Below, in pieces: positions 9,534 to 20,485 of a DNA stretch of 39,724 nucleotides. Each line of letters opens with the position of its first letter. Position 1 is the first letter of the stretch. The notes under the pieces were generated by a model that saw nothing but the letters and a program-made list of their open reading frames with translations, was not told the origin of the DNA and did no database searches. The position numbers and the translations under genes are program-made. This DNA comes from Trichomonas gallinae (lineage: Eukaryota), in NCBI GenBank assembly GCA_008369845.1, contig MRSU01008478.1, forward strand, positions 1 to 39,724. Direction: 5' to 3'.

Positions 9534-12041
9534 TCACATGCAAGCGGATAGCCTGGTGAATGAGAATTCATTTTCAAATGCGGTATTTGCAACAGCTGTT
9601 CGATCCACTTTTTGGAAATCATTGTGGAAAGTGATATAAAAGTCAGTATCATCGACAAAGAACTTCTCTGCATCCTCCCATTTGACTCTTCCGATGAATT
9701 TGAAGGATGATGAATTTGTTAAATCATCATTCTCTTGTTCTGGAGGTGCTGATGGATTAGGAAGCAGTTGTATTGGTGCAGGATCAGCAACATTATCGAA
9801 AGTTGATGGAACAACATTAATCGGAATCGAATATTGTCCAACTGATTCTTTTCTTCCATCTTTCAATGAAATTTTCTGATTTTTGCCGTTTGAAATGGAA
9901 CTCGACTCACTGTCATCCATTTGCGACTCCATTTGCTGAGTTTCGAATGCAGAATCCATCTGTTCACGATTGAGATCGATTTTAGACTCATTAATCATAT
10001 TCTGATTGTCTGTGTCTTCATCATTTAGCGGCATTTCGAAGTATTCATCAGAGAATGAAATTTCGAAATCTTCTGCACTTGTAACATTACGAGCGAATGT
10101 AGTTTCTGCATAAGCCGTTGTAGGAGAATCATCATTCTTATTTGTAAACTGTGTTGCCTTGAATTCTCTGATAGTTTCGCAATCTTTCATGATTTGCTTG
10201 AGATCCTTTCCTCTAATCTTGTGCTTCATTATAAGTGCCTTGAGATCATCGAAAGGTGTTTGTAATGTGGCGCGAATCTTGCGATGTCGCATATAATCGA
10301 TAAAATGCTTGCAAGCTTTGAAATCTTTGATCTTGTTATGGTCATACAATAAGATATCGAGTTCTGTGTTTTGATCATAGAAATCTCTCAATATATCAAA
10401 TATTTCATCTCCGATAATATTATCTCTTATATCTAGCTGCTTGATTTTCCTGCTGGCGAGAACCTGGAATATTTTAGCGGCTGTTTTTGATTCCATCTTG
10501 TTCTTGCTTGAACCTTGCATGCACAATTTTGTAACAGTTTCATTTTTCGAAATGAAATCGCAGAAATAGTCAACACCGATGTATCTTGGAGGGAAACATC
10601 CGGATAAATTGAGTGTAATTAAGTTCTCGCTCTGCATCAAAAATTCGAAAAAGTTTGGATGAACAGGATTCTCACTGTATCTGATTGTGTGCATTTGTGG
10701 AATTGGGAAATACTGAATCTTATTAAAGAAATACTCAAAATTCGATTGATCCATTTTGATATCATTGATTTCAAGGCAAAATTGATCTTCAGCTCGAAAA
10801 TGTGTATTACCAAGAGCACGAATATATGAAAGAAGTGTCTTGCCAGTCCATTCAACTGAAGATCCTCTTAATGAATTCAAATGACTTGGGAATCTGCGTG
10901 TAGAGCCAAGTTTCTTCGTGCATTTGTTGCCTGAGAAGATAATGTGTCTGAGTTTCAAGCCTTTTGTTCTAACAATCGTAGAAATCGTTTCTTGAATATC
11001 TACATCATTGTAAGAAAAGTCAATAGTGTCGAGATTTGGTAGCAAAGGAATCAACGCATGTGGTGAAAAGCCAGGAATTCCATTGATTTGCAATCTCACG
11101 AGAAATTGAAAATTCTTTGGATCAGCGTTGAAAACTTTAACCAAGAGTCCATTTTCGATGCATTTCTTGAAGCAGAGAATGGATATGCGTCTTACTCTTA
11201 TTATAAGCCCAATATATTCAACAATTTGTTCTGTGAGTGAAATATCGATTAATTGCAATGTAGATATCTTAGATTTCCTATTGTTCTCGATTGCTTTTAT
11301 GACTTGCGCAAAATCATTGAAATAATTGCTTTCATGGAGATAAATGCCAGAGATTTGCTCAGACTTTCGTAAGAAATTTGCTAAGCTGTGCCATATATTG
11401 CATGATTTCTTAACGTTCAGATCTAAATGTTTAACAGTTGAAAAGGCCGTAATAACTTCAAACAGAACATCAATATTTTTATCAACATCTTCCAACTGTG
11501 AGAAGTCAAAAACGATGTCTTTTCTTTTAACGATCCTCCTGCAGTACGTTTTAAATGATTTGAGAAATTTCGGTGTCGGTGTTGCGTTAAACTCTCTTAT
11601 CTTGTATAATAAGCGCTTGTAATGTGGAAATTCAGATCCATTTATATCAGGAGGAGGAATATCGAAATTTACGTTGAAGTTCGGAAGCTCTCTAGGCAAC
11701 AAAACATTGACGATTGTCTGTACTATGACTTGAGTCATTTTCTTCGAATCTGGATCACGCCATCTGAAGAGACCACGCGAATATTTAAATTCAACTTCGT
11801 TTTTTGACTTAGTAGATATGGATTTTAGATCTGCCCATGGTATGCATACATCGAAAACGACTGTCTTTTTGTAGAATTTTGGTTTGTAAAGATAAGCTCC
11901 GAAATTGGTTGCTAAAAATACGCGGTGACCAACCTTGTTGTTTGCCTTCAATGACTCAACTTTCTTTATGAATAGAATTGGCTCATATAGCCACGATATT
12001 TTGTCGGGAAGAGTATCTAGAAGCTTCTCATCATACTCCAT
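9534..12041 (-). CDS. Leucine-rich-repeat protein with an N-terminal PH-like domain (CARMIL-like architecture) and an acidic low-complexity tail
   Basis: N-terminal RVFLATNFGAYLYK...IPWADLKSI resembles a non-canonical PH domain. RNI-type LRRs (LDTIDFSYN, LRHIIFSGN, LITLNLSGC, IKQLDIRDNIIGD). The ORF-track start at 12047 is TTG; the first ATG is at 12041. Confidence 0.8.
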   Translation of the reverse strand: MEYDEKLLDTLPDKISWLYEPILFIKKVESLKANNKVGHRVFLATNFGAYLYKPKFYKKTVVFDVCIPWADLKSISTKSKNEVEFKYSRGLFRWRDPDSKKMTQVIVQTIVNVLLPRELPNFNVNFDIPPPDINGSEFPHYKRLLYKIREFNATPTPKFLKSFKTYCRRIVKRKDIVFDFSQLEDVDKNIDVLFEVITAFSTVKHLDLNVKKSCNIWHSLANFLRKSEQISGIYLHESNYFNDFAQVIKAIENNRKSKISTLQLIDISLTEQIVEYIGLIIRVRRISILCFKKCIENGLLVKVFNADPKNFQFLVRLQINGIPGFSPHALIPLLPNLDTIDFSYNDVDIQETISTIVRTKGLKLRHIIFSGNKCTKKLGSTRRFPSHLNSLRGSSVEWTGKTLLSYIRALGNTHFRAEDQFCLEINDIKMDQSNFEYFFNKIQYFPIPQMHTIRYSENPVHPNFFEFLMQSENLITLNLSGCFPPRYIGVDYFCDFISKNETVTKLCMQGSSKNKMESKTAAKIFQVLASRKIKQLDIRDNIIGDEIFDILRDFYDQNTELDILLYDHNKIKDFKACKHFIDYMRHRKIRATLQTPFDDLKALIMKHKIRGKDLKQIMKDCETIREFKATQFTNKNDDSPTTAYAETTFARNVTSAEDFEISFSDEYFEMPLNDEDTDNQNMINESKIDLNREQMDSAFETQQMESQMDDSESSSISNGKNQKISLKDGRKESVGQYSIPINVVPSTFDNVADPAPIQLLPNPSAPPEQENDDLTNSSSFKFIGRVKWEDAEKFFVDDTDFYITFHNDFQKVDRTAVANTAFENEFSFTRLSACM

Positions 12042-13339
12042 CCTCAAAATGTCCTACAGTTGAAAACAAATATTTGGTAATTTGATCAGACTATTTATAA
12101 ATATACTAAAAAACCAATAATATAAAATTGAGGTATGAAAAATTCACTTTTTCTGACAGTTGAAAAAGTGCCTGATCAAATTGAACGAAATGGTTTCCTT
12201 GATGATTCGCAATCAATTCATGTTATTTATATTTTCCGAAATAAAACCTTTCTTTTTTTGTTTACTCTTATTGAATATTTGATAAAAAGAAGATGGCAAA
12301 AATTGTAAAAAGTGACTATTACCATGCCTTACCATAAATAATAGAGATTAAGCCTAAAACTTATTACAAAATTCATTATTATGTACAGAATATTATGTTT
12401 ATGATAATTAAACTCTAAAATAAAATGTATTATCCGATTTAACGATGAAATCAATTTGGGTGTATGGATTTTCTAATATGTGACTCTTATAGTCCTACTG
12501 CATCTATAACATGAATTTAGAAGGATACTGATGAAAGACCAGGCGTCTGCAAAAAAACTGCCATGTAAGTATTTATATGGTCAAAAATGGATATCAAAGA
12601 AAAGTTACATGATATCTACCTGAAATGCACCCCTATGGATCTATGCAAACACTTCTATTTATATATGATTTTGGTTATATAATTCAACATCAAAAATTAT
12701 GAATAAAAAGTAACTCGGAAGTTTGTACGTTATAAAAAAGCTCACTTTTTTCGGCGTCGGTCATGGTTATCGCCACTATTCTCAACCACCACTTTGAAAA
12801 GTTGATAAGCATCTAGGCATAATAAAAGAACACTTCAAAAGGCATATCACGATAGCAATAACCTTTCTTTTTACAAAATCTTTGGACAAAATTATTTGAA
12901 AAAATTCGAACTTCTAATTTAAAGCCCCAAAAGTTGTTTATGGGCATCTCATAGCATAAGACTTCGGAAACTCATTAATAACATATATGTTAAGTTTTCG
13001 AATTTCGCGCAGAGAAAATGAACCTGAGTTATAACTCATATATACGAAGAATGGATCCAAAATTCAAAAAAATTGTTTATATTGAGACATTTCGACGTAA
13101 TTCATATAAAGATATAATTAATTATTGATACATTCAATACGACTCAGCTGTTTCAAGTCAAAATTCACATCAATAATGAATCAAGAATTAATATCAAGCT
13201 TTATTGACTCTATATTTGTATATTGTGATGCTATTATAGCAATTTCTAGCAGATAAAATTTTGATTTACTGAGTTAATTAAAATTTTGCTAATTTCATGC
13301 TCTCAAAATGTGATCTAGCTTTTAAGACGTTATGTTGAT

Positions 13340-14279
13340 TATGTTGGCGAGATTGGAATGTCAGCTTTTGCAACAGATGTAGTTTCGGAGATTATTGTAT
13401 CAGCATTTGGATTGTTCATGTCAATAGCAAGTAAACATATATCTGCATTATTCGGAAGGATTAATCAAACCATTCAATAGAAACACATTCCAAGGTTTGA
13501 TGGTTGGTAGTTCAATGCTAATTTCCCAAATTTCGATTGCAATTCTAGCTATTTTCTTGAGAAGATTCATGGGTGCTTCTTTAACGAATCCTGATGATTA
13601 TGATATAGTGATGCCTGCATTGAAGCCTTCAATAGAATCAATACATTGACTATTGCTGTGATCATTGCATTTTGCACTGGCCTCCTTCCTCCAGCTGCCT
13701 ATGCTTATGCTGCTGGATTGTGGAAAAGATATGTTTGGCTTTCCATTCATGTCAATTGGATCACTTTCGCATGCTCTTTGATTACAAATATAATATCTGT
13801 ATGCATGCCATACCAAATTACATCAATATTTGGCAAAGGTGACAGCTATTTTGAATGGTCTAAAAAGGAACTCATAGCTACAAACTGGGGAACATTTTTA
13901 ATATTTGGCAGATTCACTTTCCAATCTATGCTACAGAGTCAACAGAATGGAAAGAGAGCAATGGCTGTAAGTTTGCTGTCAAACTTTGTCACAATCATTC
14001 CATCGCTCTATATTATTGATGCTGTTGATCCACATGAGACTGAAAAGCTTCTTTATTGTTTCTCTCTTGGAAATGTTGTTGGTCTTGTTGTGGGTGTAGC
14101 ACTTCTAGCTGTTCCTTCTCTTGATTATGAAAATAAAGAAAATGATAATAACAAAGAGACAATGAGAAGAAGAAAAGAAAGATTCATCTTCAAACACAAA
14201 TTCAACAAATATTGATTATGATCAAGAAGAAGATAATATTCCTAATAATGAAGAACAAAAGAAACTTGCGGCTTTATAA
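13340..14279 (+). pseudogene. Degenerate MATE-family transporter, tandem paralog of 15408..16958
   Basis: 13340-13459 encodes YVGEIGMSAFATDVV...ISALFGR and is joined out of frame to LIKPFNRNTFQGLMVGSSMLISQIS (13461 onward), so about 430 bp of the paralog are missing. Further frameshifts lie near 13625 and 14165, and no start codon is seen. The tail EEKKDSSS...LAAL-stop ends at 14279. Confidence 0.9.
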
Positions 14280-15407
14280 AGTTTATACTAATATATGATT
14301 TCTTAACTAAATTGCTTTTTTTATAATGCTCAAAACTTGGAAAATATGTATTTCATGGATTATTTAGTGCAATAGTCGACGAAATGACAATTTGGATACT
14401 TCTAATCTTTAATTTAGATTGAGTCAAATCACCATTATTCAAAATTAGTTTCATGATTGTCAAAATGATCCAACATACTTAGCAAAGCACGTCTATGTGA
14501 TTTTTTTGTATTTTTGACACTATACAATATGTTTTATTGTCGGTTTTTTCTAGAATTCTGCATTTTTCTTTTCGAAAGTTATAAGAAAATAAAATTGGTT
14601 CATTAATATTAACTGATGTATTAATATGGGAAATAATTCTTTGAAATACTATGATATCCTCATTTCTAATGAAGCTGAAAATTATTCAGAAATTCATTTA
14701 ATAAAATATAGTGCACCGTGATACAGATTGTGTATATGATGCATTTGTTTCGATTAAATCTCATTAATCGATAAAATAAATTTAAGATTATATATTCATG
14801 TTCCAATTCATGCAAGAGCTAATTTCCATATACATCCTGTAATGATAGTATTACTTTCCTTTTTCATAATAAGATTCCCGACACATTCTTGCTTCAAAAA
14901 GATCAGTTTGAATTGGTTATAGCGAATCTGTCGAATTTGATTTGTTGATATTTAGAATATTTAGATGATATTCTATTATAGAGTCTCGAAATTATTTTTT
15001 ATAAAAACGATTATTTTCAATTCAAACTTCATTTCAGTTTAAAGCGAAATATAATCAGTTTAATGATAATAATGCTTTTAAGAGCAATTTTATTTCATGC
15101 TGTCGCACCCGTAAAATGAAAATTTTTCTTGATGGGTCATGGCCAAAACTTAAAATTTGGGTTACTCAAATGATAAAATATTCAAATAAATTATCGAACA
15201 TGAGTTTTCCATTCAATTTCATTTAAAATTATATTTTGAATGTATACGATCATTTTAGATTCAAAATTTATTTTTCTCTGAAAAATATATCTAAATAATA
15301 ACAAAACAAACAGAATTTTTAAAAATTTGGGAAACTTTCACGCCCGTATATTATTAAACAAAATTTGTGAATATTCACAAAAAATAAAAACCCATTAAAT
15401 AGGAACA

Positions 15408-16958
15408 ATGTCCTCGAACGAAATCTACAGACTTGCTGGCCGCCCACCACTCAAAACACTTCTCTTACTCTCAATAGGTCCTTTGTGCTCACAGATTACG
15501 AGCGTTCTCTACGGTATTATCAATACAATTTGGATTTCGAAATATGTTGGAGAAGTGGGCATGTCTGCCGTTGCAATTGATGTCGTCTGGGAACTTACTG
15601 GAAGAGCATTCGGTATATTCATATCAATTGCTGCTAGTACTCAGATTTCTGCACTTTTTGGTCGAAAACAATTCGATGTTTGCGAACAAGTCGCTTGTGA
15701 CTTATATAGAGTCGCCCTAATATGTGGTTGCATCGTCCCAGCCATTTTGATCCCTATTAACAAGCCTTTCTCGCGTTGGTTTAAGGCTTCAGATGCCGCA
15801 ATTCAACAAGCTTACGATTACATCATCCCGCAGGCAGCAGGAAACGTCTTAACATGCATATTCTACACAAACATCGGATTTTTGCAGGCTGAAGGCCGTA
15901 CTTTACTCGTTGGTATCATCGATATTGTATCATTAGGCTGTGGTATGGGAATTTTGAACCCGATTTTCTTGGGTGTCCTTAAGACTGGCATCGCTGGTCC
16001 TTCTTATTCAACGATTATCGCTGATGGTGTTCCAGGAATTATTTTAACAATCTTGTATTTCTGCGGAAAGTTCGGTGTAAAGCCAAAACTCAGGGGTTTA
16101 ATCAAGCCTTTCAGCAAAAACACACTCCAAGGTTTGCTTGTCGGAAGTTCTATGTTAATTTCGCAAATCTCCATTTCAGTTCCAGCTATTTTCCTTCGTA
16201 GACTCATGGGTGCCTCTATTTCTAATCCGAACGATTATGATGTCTTCATGGCAGGCTTCAATGTCGTTTACAGAATCAATATGTTAACTGCGTGCGTTAT
16301 TATGGCGTTTTGCACTGGTTTCCTTGCTCCTGCTGCTTATGCGTATGCTGCTAAGCTATGGAAACGTTATATTATGCTTTCTGTCCATGTTAACTGGATT
16401 TGTTTCGCCTGGTCAATTATTACTAACTTAATAACTATCTGCATGCCAGTACAGTGTGCCCTCTTGTTCGGCAAAGGTGATTACTACGTATATTGGACAA
16501 AACTCGAGCTTTACGCTGCAAATTGGGGAACTTTCTTAATGTTCGGCAGATTCACAATCCAATCCATGCTTCAGAGCCAGCAGAATGGTAAAGGAGCCAT
16601 GGCTGTAAGTATATTGTCCAATTTCGTTACATTACTTGCATCAATTTATATTATTGATTACGTTCATCCTCACGAAACAGAAAAACTTCTCTGGTCATTC
16701 TCGCTTATCAACGTTGTTGGTATTTTAGTTGGAGCTGCTCTTCTCGCTTATCCAATCTACAAAGTCATCAAAGCATGGAAGAATCCTTCTCTTGATGACG
16801 AAAACAGGGACCTTGATGATATTAAAGGCGAAGAAATCAAAGATGAAAAGAAAGATTCTTCATCAACAAATGATCAGGAAGAAAAGAAGGATTCTTCAAC
16901 TACACTGGATTTGATTAATTCTGATGACCATGATCAAGCACCAATTGCTGAGTTATAA
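15408..16958 (+). CDS. MatE/MATE-family efflux transporter
   Basis: 516 aa with about 12 hydrophobic segments and MATE motifs (LYGIINTIWISKYVGEVGMSAV, GFLQAEGRT, LKTGIAGPSYST), plus an acidic C-terminal tail. Confidence 0.93.
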   Translation: MSSNEIYRLAGRPPLKTLLLLSIGPLCSQITSVLYGIINTIWISKYVGEVGMSAVAIDVVWELTGRAFGIFISIAASTQISALFGRKQFDVCEQVACDLYRVALICGCIVPAILIPINKPFSRWFKASDAAIQQAYDYIIPQAAGNVLTCIFYTNIGFLQAEGRTLLVGIIDIVSLGCGMGILNPIFLGVLKTGIAGPSYSTIIADGVPGIILTILYFCGKFGVKPKLRGLIKPFSKNTLQGLLVGSSMLISQISISVPAIFLRRLMGASISNPNDYDVFMAGFNVVYRINMLTACVIMAFCTGFLAPAAYAYAAKLWKRYIMLSVHVNWICFAWSIITNLITICMPVQCALLFGKGDYYVYWTKLELYAANWGTFLMFGRFTIQSMLQSQQNGKGAMAVSILSNFVTLLASIYIIDYVHPHETEKLLWSFSLINVVGILVGAALLAYPIYKVIKAWKNPSLDDENRDLDDIKGEEIKDEKKDSSSTNDQEEKKDSSTTLDLINSDDHDQAPIAEL

Positions 16959-17701
16959 TTTATATTTTTTTTTATTCTTTCCATAAATGTTTATATATAA
17001 TTAATCATTTTATTTTCCATCGTCAAGTATGTTTATTTTTGTGCGTAATTTAGAAAATAAAATTTATTAAATATTATCATTGATTAAAGTTAAACTATTA
17101 GATAATTTATTAATGCTATATGTTATTTTGTTTCGATAAGTATCAATTTTTGAATATCATCAGTTGTTATCATATGAATAATTAAAAATCAATATTTTTA
17201 TTATGCAAAACTATAATTAATACAAAATATATATCTGCAATATATTGAAACATTATAGTATATGTTAAATATAGAATATCGTCCATTGATATCATATGAA
17301 AAAACATATATACAGATTTGATTTCATACATAAAATGATATTTTAACAAATTGCATATGTGGAAATGTTTGTAATACTAAAAATAATATCATATAATGAA
17401 TGTGGTTACTGATTATCATATGAATTCTCAAAATTAATTTTCGACCAGTCGAAAATTATCAACTTTAGTGATAAATTAAAGAACATTTATCATATAAAGT
17501 TGTTATAAAAGCTTTATCTCGATTTCAAAAGCTGTCATTTGATAAATAAAATTTCAAAATTATATTTCTAAACCTAAATCGACGTTTTTCTTGATAATAC
17601 AGCTTATATAGGATCCAAATTGTGTATTTATATGATAAATTTGGTCTAAAAACCTTTGTTTGGATAAAAATGAAATTTTAAACGTCTGCAAAATTAAAAA
17701 A

Positions 17702-20485
17702 ATGAGCGGAAGTAAGAAATATCTTTCTGCTCCAGTGAATTCAACAGCGGAGTTAGCTAAAATGATGCGAACCGAGTTCGAGAACCCGGGTGCTGACTTT
17801 TCATCGATACAAATCAAAGGAGAAAACCAAGCAGCAAAAGAAATTGAGTATTTATCAAGCAAAATCGCAGAAGGAGTAGATTGGAATGATCAAGTTGATG
17901 CCATTAAGAGAGGTGTTGGCTTAGTTAACGGTGGAGCCTTAGATTTTGAGTCTTTCGCAAGCAAAATCTCAAATTTAAGCGTAGGACTCATTGCAGGCTC
18001 TTGCAACTTACGAAGCACACTTGTCAAGTTCTCTTGCTTGTTTATCAGCCTTCTGGCACACAAATTAAAGAAAAGATTTAATTGCATGGGAGAAGTGATC
18101 ATGCCTCTAAGCAGACAAACTACTCATGGTACACTGATCATTGCTGAAAGCTGCAAATTGACAATTCTCGAGATCGTAAAATATTGCCCAATTAAAAACG
18201 TTTTGTTTAGTGTCATTGAGCTTTCCAAGTCAAAAGCAGTTGAGAACAGACAAGTTTCAGCTGAGTCATTCGTCCTTCTGCTTAACTATTGGGCAAAAAC
18301 TCTTATCGAGCAGAATTCGGACATTGTAATGAAGACACTGCGTTTATTACTTGTTGATTCATCTGCAGAAGTCAGAAACACAACAAGAATTGCATCAAAG
18401 ATCTTTGCTTCTAAGTATCCAAAATTCACTGAACTTTTCTTAGCGACACTTGATTCAAAGACAAAGGCAGCAGTTCTTGCAGCTGAAGTTCCACCAGAAA
18501 CACCACCAATCAAGCAAGATGAAGGCGAATTTCAGCAGAAACAATTCGAACCAGCTTCACCAATTGAGCCAAGAGTTTCTGGACATCTTCTTTTGTCTCC
18601 ACGCTCACCAAAGAACTTCGTTGAGGAAGTTAAACAGCAAGAAGAGAAGAAACCAGATCCAATTTCTCCAAAGATGAAATTTGTTCAAGATATAATGCTC
18701 GAATCACCAATGCCACTGAGGATGCACGAGCCTACACCAACTAAACCAATAAAACTCTCAGCGAAGACGAAATCGAAGCAAAATCAGAAAGAAGAAACAA
18801 AGCCATCCATGATTCCAATATACGACAAGACCCAAGACAGGTCTAAATCCCCAGCCTTGCCTCCTCCAAAGAAGAGATTTAATGCTTCCGCAAAACACAG
18901 AGCAAGTTCTGTCAGAAACACGAGGCCAAAATTCGATGATCTGCGCAGACCAAAGAACAAGAAGGACGAGGTAATCGACAGCGATGAAAATATACCAACC
19001 AAAGAAGAACACAAGACAATCAAGAAGACTCGCAAGCAAGAGAAGACCAAACCAAAACAGAAAGAAACCAAAACTGAAGTCAAAGAAAGAGAAATAGAAC
19101 AAAAGCCACAAGAAGACATTGTCGAAAAATACAGCTCACCACGGAAGAGGAGGTCGGAGGAGTCGATGCCGCCACCGAGGATTGTTGACGGAAGCTCAAC
19201 GAGGAGGAGCTCGAATCCGATGAAGAAGACTGCGAAGAGAAGAAGCTCGATTTCTCTCGAAGACGGAAACGAAAGAAGCTTCGTAGACAAAATCTCGAAA
19301 GCATTGGACGAAAAGCGCGATGATGAAGTTACTTCACAGCTGTCGACGATCATCCCTGGCTTGCTCATAACAATGAACAGCAAGTCAAGACTTGTGTCTA
19401 ACAGATCAATTGCTTTGATAACGAAACTTATTCCGCCGAACAAAAATGATTTCGAGTCATTCTTGCAGTCGATTTTCGATGCATTTTACAGCGGAATTCT
19501 CAGTGATGTCATTGCCAAAGACAACAAAGACCTCCTTGAAGCTATGTTCAATGTCATCAAAGAGAATTACGATCCAAACGTTTTGCTTGATCTTTCTTTG
19601 AATCAAGTTCCTTCGGTGAAATTAGTTAAGTACATCAGCGAGTTCGTTCTCCAAACCAAGCTCGACAGCGAAGAAAAGGCAACGAAGCTTGCAAAGATTA
19701 CAGTTTCCTTCTTCGAACAATGCAGAGAAGACGCGAGAAAAATCTTGAATTTCATCGCGCATTCGCAAAAAGATTCATTGGTTGAAGTCCTGAAAGAATG
19801 TGATCAGAAACAAGCAGACTTCGTCAAACAAGTCTTGGAATATGTCGAAAAAGGCTACGGAGAGGCTCCTGAGCTTAACGAAAAACAAGATGTCGATGAG
19901 ATGTGCCAGAATATCATGACTTTCGCGAAGAATTCTGACGAGCAAGACTACGACAAATCAATGTTGAAACTCTATGAATCTATGTCAGATATTGTCATGA
20001 AGAAACAGAAAGAAGACGCAGACAAAATGTTCCAATGCATGATAAACGTCATAGAATTGCGTGGAGTGAAGAATTTCGAGCCATTCGCATCCAGCGCGCT
20101 TTTATATCCAGACAGAAACAAATGTGTGAATGTCTTGAAGCTGTTGGATATCATAGAATACAAAGCTGGCTCAAACAAAATCATATCTTTCTTGACAAAC
20201 GCAATTGACACTAAAAACGAAGTTGCAAGCATGTACGTGGAAGAGCTGCAGAGGTGCATACAGATGAACACAGAGATGATGAGACCACAGGCACAGAACA
20301 TGACAAAGATTCTTTGCGATCACATCGATGATGAAAACATATATGTGAGAAAGAGCATTATTTTCTGCGTTGCACATATTGTTAAGATATATGGAGAGCC
20401 AGCGCAGCAGATAACAAAGACTCTTGAGATACCAAAGCAGCGTCTCATTGATATTTATGTTAGCAAAAATTATTTAATTCATTAA
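17702..20485 (+). CDS. CLASP-like microtubule-associated protein (CLASP_N/TOG HEAT domain, basic disordered linker, C-terminal helical repeats)
   Basis: DWNDQVDAIKR...NLRSTLVKFSC...LLVDSSAEVRNTTR matches CLASP_N/TOG HEAT patterns. K/P/S/E-rich centre and a C-terminal HEAT-like DDENIYVRKSIIFCVA. The ORF-track start at 17660 is TTG; the first ATG is at 17702. Confidence 0.85.
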   Translation: MSGSKKYLSAPVNSTAELAKMMRTEFENPGADFSSIQIKGENQAAKEIEYLSSKIAEGVDWNDQVDAIKRGVGLVNGGALDFESFASKISNLSVGLIAGSCNLRSTLVKFSCLFISLLAHKLKKRFNCMGEVIMPLSRQTTHGTLIIAESCKLTILEIVKYCPIKNVLFSVIELSKSKAVENRQVSAESFVLLLNYWAKTLIEQNSDIVMKTLRLLLVDSSAEVRNTTRIASKIFASKYPKFTELFLATLDSKTKAAVLAAEVPPETPPIKQDEGEFQQKQFEPASPIEPRVSGHLLLSPRSPKNFVEEVKQQEEKKPDPISPKMKFVQDIMLESPMPLRMHEPTPTKPIKLSAKTKSKQNQKEETKPSMIPIYDKTQDRSKSPALPPPKKRFNASAKHRASSVRNTRPKFDDLRRPKNKKDEVIDSDENIPTKEEHKTIKKTRKQEKTKPKQKETKTEVKEREIEQKPQEDIVEKYSSPRKRRSEESMPPPRIVDGSSTRRSSNPMKKTAKRRSSISLEDGNERSFVDKISKALDEKRDDEVTSQLSTIIPGLLITMNSKSRLVSNRSIALITKLIPPNKNDFESFLQSIFDAFYSGILSDVIAKDNKDLLEAMFNVIKENYDPNVLLDLSLNQVPSVKLVKYISEFVLQTKLDSEEKATKLAKITVSFFEQCREDARKILNFIAHSQKDSLVEVLKECDQKQADFVKQVLEYVEKGYGEAPELNEKQDVDEMCQNIMTFAKNSDEQDYDKSMLKLYESMSDIVMKKQKEDADKMFQCMINVIELRGVKNFEPFASSALLYPDRNKCVNVLKLLDIIEYKAGSNKIISFLTNAIDTKNEVASMYVEELQRCIQMNTEMMRPQAQNMTKILCDHIDDENIYVRKSIIFCVAHIVKIYGEPAQQITKTLEIPKQRLIDIYVSKNYLIH

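Noticed and set aside
12528..12556. Hammerhead-ribozyme-like CTGATGA-A-AGAC-CAGGC-GTCT-GCAAA
   Set aside because: The conserved GAAA does not follow stem II, and no convincing stems I/III or NUH site could be built.
13646..14215. 189-aa ORF as an independent small transporter
   Set aside because: TTG start, and it is the middle fragment of the MATE pseudogene at 13340-14279.
18758..19443. Long antisense ORFs (117, 219 and 74 aa) within the CLASP-like gene
   Set aside because: Shadow ORFs opposite a K/E/R-rich coding strand. The same applies to the antisense ORFs inside the USP, LRR and ATPase genes.
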